Shown: positions 63,701 to 64,000 of the stretch, one piece after another
Numbering within the stretch: the stretch's first letter is position 1
How the letters are laid out: each line of letters opens with the position of its first letter
Source: Lytechinus pictus
Taxonomy: Eukaryota
Direction: 5' to 3'
Length of the DNA: 64,000 bases
Assembly (NCBI RefSeq): GCF_037042905.1
Contig: NC_087245.1
Location: forward strand, 19,284,001-19,348,000
The notes under the pieces: model-generated
Told to the model about the DNA's origin: nothing
Seen by the model: only the letters and a program-made list of their open reading frames with translations
The model's database searches: none
Made by a program: the position numbers and the translations under genes

Positions 63701-64000
63701 AAAACTGCTGAGCCAATGTGTACCACAGAGAGATGGGGACAGATTGGCATAAATTAGGCGCAGAGAGATAGTATGTGCGTGTGCGAACGAGGGTGGGCAT
63801 GATGGTGTGTGTGTGTGAGTGTATATGTGTGAGAGAGGAGAGATAGAGTATTTCATGTGAATTCTTACTCTGGATGAGCAACTCTGCAGATGATCTGACT
63901 GAGCCATGTTTGTTCTTGGCAATGATGGTGTACATGCCAGTTTCGTAGTCAGTGACAGAGGTGACAATTATCCTGTAGACATCATTCTCTTCAGTGATGT
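18084..64000 (-). CDS. Giant muscle kinase of the titin/twitchin/projectin family, 3' portion (5' end lies beyond the window); 36 traced coding exons
   Basis: GT-AG exon chain with consistent phases encoding I-set Ig and Fn3 repeats, a kinase (GRGSYG, AAK, HLDLKPEN, DFG, APE, DMWALG), post-kinase Ig domains and stop TAG at 18084-18086. Confidence 0.93.
18421..18650. mobile_element. MITE
   Basis: TIR TGGGTGATTTCAAGT ... ACTTGAAATCACCCA with internal inverted GTTGGTGTT/AACACCAAC. Confidence 0.65.
19140..19321. repeat. Two (TA)n microsatellites
   Basis: TA runs at about 19140-19168 and 19271-19321. Confidence 0.95.
19989..20862. mobile_element. Internally deleted PIF/Harbinger element
   Basis: TIRs around CTGCACCATCCCGAGTTT, TTA target duplication, minus-strand peptide remnant VWSLPKSIHWWDTIV...NAIRMYKVDF. 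Confidence 0.75.
22265..22445 (-). CDS. Exon: C-terminal Fn3, C-terminal half
   Basis: VDARKAGETAWTEVGNVGKTSFEVKGVKTGVQYVYRVSAENEAGWSPPTQISDPAVITES; phases 0-1. Confidence 0.88.
22932..23056 (-). CDS. Exon: C-terminal Fn3, N-terminal half
   Basis: KVVVPKAPAGKPKVEQASKSSFKITWETPAEDGGSPIYNYK; phases 1-0. Confidence 0.88.
23143..23393 (+). mobile_element. tRNA-derived SINE
   Basis: A-box TGGCTCAGTTGG and B-box-like GTTCAAACC head running into a non-tRNA body (GGTCAGACCAAAAGAC...) and a TTTTCA-type tail. Confidence 0.8.
23652..23898 (-). CDS. Exon: post-kinase Ig 8
   Basis: VAWEEDKVVLECHVQGVPLPTVKWFVHNKEI...FPEDSGIYRCEATNSSG; phases 0-1. Confidence 0.92.
24275..24359 (-). CDS. Exon: linker and start of post-kinase Ig 8
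   Basis: ESTPGVSGSDTDSQEGSPPKFIRGLQEE; phases 2-0. Confidence 0.87.
24873..24986 (-). CDS. Exon: Ser/Ala-rich linker, possibly a cassette exon (NAGNAG acceptor)
   Basis: SAAARDSAESTKSASAPSGEPSSSTAPQGSAGKGPKD; 114 nt, phases 2-2; acceptor CAGTAG. Confidence 0.75.
25499..25721 (-). CDS. Exon: post-kinase Ig 7, C-terminal half
   Basis: VTWSKDGRPISDGGRFSIRSDKFTHTIEIQNARSTDAGPYTCTAKNSEG; phases 1-2. Confidence 0.91.
25895..26005. repeat. 48-bp tandem duplication (about 2.3 copies)
   Basis: TCGAAATATGAGGTGTGTCCA(C/T)TTAACTTAACTGGCAA repeated. Confidence 0.85.
26210..26401 (-). CDS. Exon: linker and post-kinase Ig 7, N-terminal half
   Basis: EPSVSISISQ...IPPEFFEEPQSQMVEEGTTAIFTCDVDGDPVPS; 192 nt. 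Confidence 0.9.
26788..26985 (-). CDS. Exon: post-kinase Ig 6
   Basis: SRPMDVGWLRNGQDIVDCKEFRYVSRGNIYQLEIAEIFPEDGGKYTCEALNDHGE. Confidence 0.93.
27557..28648 (-). CDS. Exon: Ser/Pro/Arg/Tyr-rich insertion and start of post-kinase Ig 6
   Basis: 1092 nt, phases 1-1; YRPSSP repeats; ends GPPTFVRKFQDMSIRDGERVVLEAEIT; the acceptor could alternatively be 28633. Confidence 0.88.
29047..29225 (-). CDS. Exon: post-kinase Ig 5, C-terminal half
   Basis: MKDSVEIVQSDHMYVERAPNGLQSLVIYRVVPTDAGRYQAIASSPAG; 179 nt. Confidence 0.91.
29952..30087 (-). CDS. Exon: post-kinase Ig 5, N-terminal half
   Basis: LPHNETEDYIRPSFAKPLRRFRAKEGRKVRLEIQVMGWPEPKVTW; 136 nt. Confidence 0.91.
30438..30790 (-). CDS. Exon: post-kinase Ig 4
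   Basis: ESSEDERVV...QPFFSLPLRRKVVYNGEPARISCNVQGTPKPKIAWSKNG...DTGTFRCTATNPEG; phases 2-1. Confidence 0.92.
31522..31667. mobile_element. Small Harbinger-type MITE
   Basis: GGGGCCCGTTGCAGAAAGAGTTGC ... GCAACTCTTTTGGCAACGGGTCCC. Confidence 0.7.
32134..32734. mobile_element. 601-bp MITE with TTAA target duplication (Kolobok-like)
   Basis: TTAA-AGGACAAGTCCACCCCAA ... TTGGGGTGGACTTGACCT-TTAA with long inverted arms; fragments also near 2345-2550 and 6290-6385. Confidence 0.85.
38163..38352. mobile_element. MITE with CACT termini
   Basis: TA-CACTCTAAAAA ... TTTTCAGAGTG-TA; internal inverted ACCCAATATTGG and GGGAACATGTATGTT. Confidence 0.7.
39741..39779 (-). CDS. Candidate 39-nt cassette micro-exon (LHAKQLYKRKYY)
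   Basis: TGTGTTCCAG acceptor, CAG|GTAAGT donor, symmetric phase 2-2, open frame. Confidence 0.55.
40331..41972 (-). CDS. Large exon encoding an acidic then Ser/Tyr/Arg-rich disordered insertion; internal exon (acceptor 41972 or 41918) and/or alternative first exon (ATG at 41889)
   Basis: 548-codon ORF in AT-rich intron; phase-2 donor GTAAGT matches the phase-2 acceptor at 30790; phase-1 acceptors match the donor at 49233; 5' boundary uncertain. Confidence 0.8.
42150..42880 (-). promoter_or_regulatory. CpG-rich candidate internal promoter/enhancer with a CArG box
   Basis: Local GC/CpG enrichment; CCTTATTTGG (CC[AT]6GG) at 42696-42705 with adjacent CCAATTGG and GGGGCGAGG; lies upstream of the ATG at 41889. 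Confidence 0.5.
45161..45310. mobile_element. Small Harbinger-type MITE
   Basis: CTG-GGGCCTGTTGCATAAAA ... TTTTATGCAACGGGCCC-CTG. Confidence 0.75.
48691..48716. repeat. (CA)n microsatellite
   Basis: Direct reading. Confidence 0.9.
49233..49411 (-). CDS. Exon: post-kinase Ig 3, C-terminal half
   Basis: FKDHKEIFDGQHYSIEFGEDDETCSLIIQEAFLQDAGTYTCLASNLLGRISCDSYVRVE; 179 nt, phases 2-1. Confidence 0.92.
49853..49988 (-). CDS. Exon: post-kinase Ig 3, N-terminal half
   Basis: QFLTKFKDYRRPHFNLHLRDIFIVEGSAARLDCKVTGVPEPNIRW; 136 nt, phases 1-2. Confidence 0.92.
50299..50511 (-). CDS. Exon: post-kinase Ig 2
   Basis: VAEIPGVPEPKVKWYHDDK...DKGQYTAEITNQYG; 213 nt. Confidence 0.92.
50940..51079 (-). CDS. 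Exon: linker and start of post-kinase Ig 2
   Basis: IPLGERAKKLRAAQAAAPGSDKAPQLIRPLEDQECGFDFIMPLSFQ; phases 2-1. Confidence 0.87.
51408..51471 (-). CDS. Exon: linker
   Basis: LDAQELDKRGERRGLDMKRK; phases 1-2 bridge the neighbouring exons. Confidence 0.85.
51738..52028 (-). CDS. Exon: post-kinase Ig 1
   Basis: DVRDAAPKFIKPLEDTMAIEGNAGRFDCEV...DIAEYTCKAVNSYG; 291 nt. Confidence 0.93.
52394..52505 (-). CDS. Exon: regulatory tail, second part
   Basis: GAGKTINAIGHLAHGGALREMHKMYRGKPLMERECYM; phases 0-1. Confidence 0.85.
52785..52871 (-). CDS. Exon: C-terminal regulatory (autoinhibitory) tail, basic part
   Basis: METDEMARRRARRLDNSRLRRYHDKNKPK; 87 nt, phases 0-0. Confidence 0.85.
53210..53255 (-). 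CDS. Exon: end of the kinase domain
   Basis: GRMTIQEALDHPWLQ; 46 nt, phases 2-0. Confidence 0.92.
53931..54083 (-). CDS. Exon: kinase C-lobe
   Basis: LSGISPFEGETDRETLKNVAIGEWEFDEEAFADITDEGLDWIERIIIKDK. Confidence 0.94.
54360..54559 (-). CDS. Exon: kinase catalytic and activation segment
   Basis: PENVMLCARNSDDIKIIDFGLTMELDPDKPVKVMFGTPDFIAPEVVTHEPIGLPTDMWALGVMAYL. Confidence 0.95.
54974..55115 (-). CDS. Exon: kinase subdomains V-VIb
   Basis: LSGGELFDRLVDE...QICEGVKHMHERHMVHLDLK; phases 2-0. Confidence 0.94.
55421..55621 (-). CDS. Exon: kinase N-lobe
   Basis: GSYGIVYRAIEKKTQKTWAAKFMRCYGKERDLVRREIEVMKKLHHRRLLNLHEVFETNEEIIMILE; not in the ORF track. Confidence 0.94.
55999..56149 (-). CDS. Exon: N-terminal kinase linker and start of the kinase domain
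   Basis: SKPGRPQFEDYEGKRRFYDSLVDFDRGPHPFVNRTGSIYDYYQILEELGR; phases 1-2. Confidence 0.92.
56514..56801 (-). CDS. Exon: pre-kinase Fn3 domain
   Basis: HPDPPRNLECLEITSEAIRLSWNPPIYDGGSNITTYMVEKR...YQFRITAFNMYG; 288 nt. Confidence 0.93.
57048..57335 (-). CDS. Exon: Ig domain
   Basis: VMPKLSLPPRLR...LKVPFSGVPRPSLRWDRDG...DAGKYSVVASNELG; 288 nt. Confidence 0.92.
   Translation of the reverse strand, partial: SCPSLAYHPDSAHRSTVSLANTSCSRYPSVACPDRASGGTEMVWMWWTEVALRSRIHLMIPHSSYVESPRKMLESTAWWLLMNWVMIPAPFKSIF
57953..58237 (-). CDS. Exon: Ig domain
   Basis: DTVPPQFVSKPQNAHIAEGKSVTVTCQVSGYPAPEVRWY...; 285 nt, phases 1-1. Confidence 0.92.
58730..59032 (-). CDS. Exon: Fn3 domain
   Basis: DPPSAPGRPTISNIQRDSVHVSWTAPSSDGGSPITSYIIERR...YEFRVMAENSMG; 303 nt; this frame is not in the ORF track. 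Confidence 0.93.
59486..59785 (-). CDS. Exon: Fn3 domain
   Basis: DRPGPPQGPISIQSITKNSASFTWTPPRDDGGAPIQRYQV...LRVTAENQYG; 300 nt, phases 1-1. Confidence 0.93.
60087..60217 (-). CDS. Exon: C-terminal half of an Ig domain
   Basis: VNVVGGIAELYVKDAEREDSGTYTLEAINDLGRHSITARVNVL; phases 2-1. Confidence 0.9.
63265..63424 (-). CDS. Exon: N-terminal half of an Ig domain
   Basis: PPQLSIDRHLQDLSVRAGQEIHIPVTLTYGTPKPTFTWRRQDGEVLDTRGRY; phases 1-2. Confidence 0.88.
63869..64000 (-). CDS. Exon (5' truncated by window edge): C-terminal half of an Ig domain
   Basis: ITEENDVYRIIVTSVTDYETGMYTIIAKNKHGSVRSSAELLIQ; phase-1 donor GTAAG. Confidence 0.88.

Overview
AT-rich animal genomic DNA. A marine invertebrate, probably a sea urchin, is inferred from the repeat families and gene structure but not proven. 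About 46 kb (18084 to >64000, minus strand) holds the 3' part of a giant sarcomeric titin/twitchin/projectin-family kinase gene. I traced 36 GT-AG exons with consistent splice phases. They encode Ig-Ig-Fn3-Fn3-Ig-Ig-Fn3, an MLCK-type kinase with intact catalytic motifs plus a regulatory tail, eight post-kinase Ig domains with two large disordered insertions, an unexpected C-terminal Fn3 domain and a Pro-rich tail. The most unusual parts are a 1.6-kb exon with a CpG-rich, CArG-containing upstream region (possible telokin-like internal promoter), Y-x-P-x-S-P-x heptads resembling the Pol II CTD, and several phase-compatible candidate alternative or micro-exons. Positions 1-13.5 kb are mostly nested non-autonomous DNA transposons and a ~208-bp tandem array. 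The introns carry MITEs, a tRNA-derived SINE and a deleted Harbinger element. No prokaryotic systems were seen.
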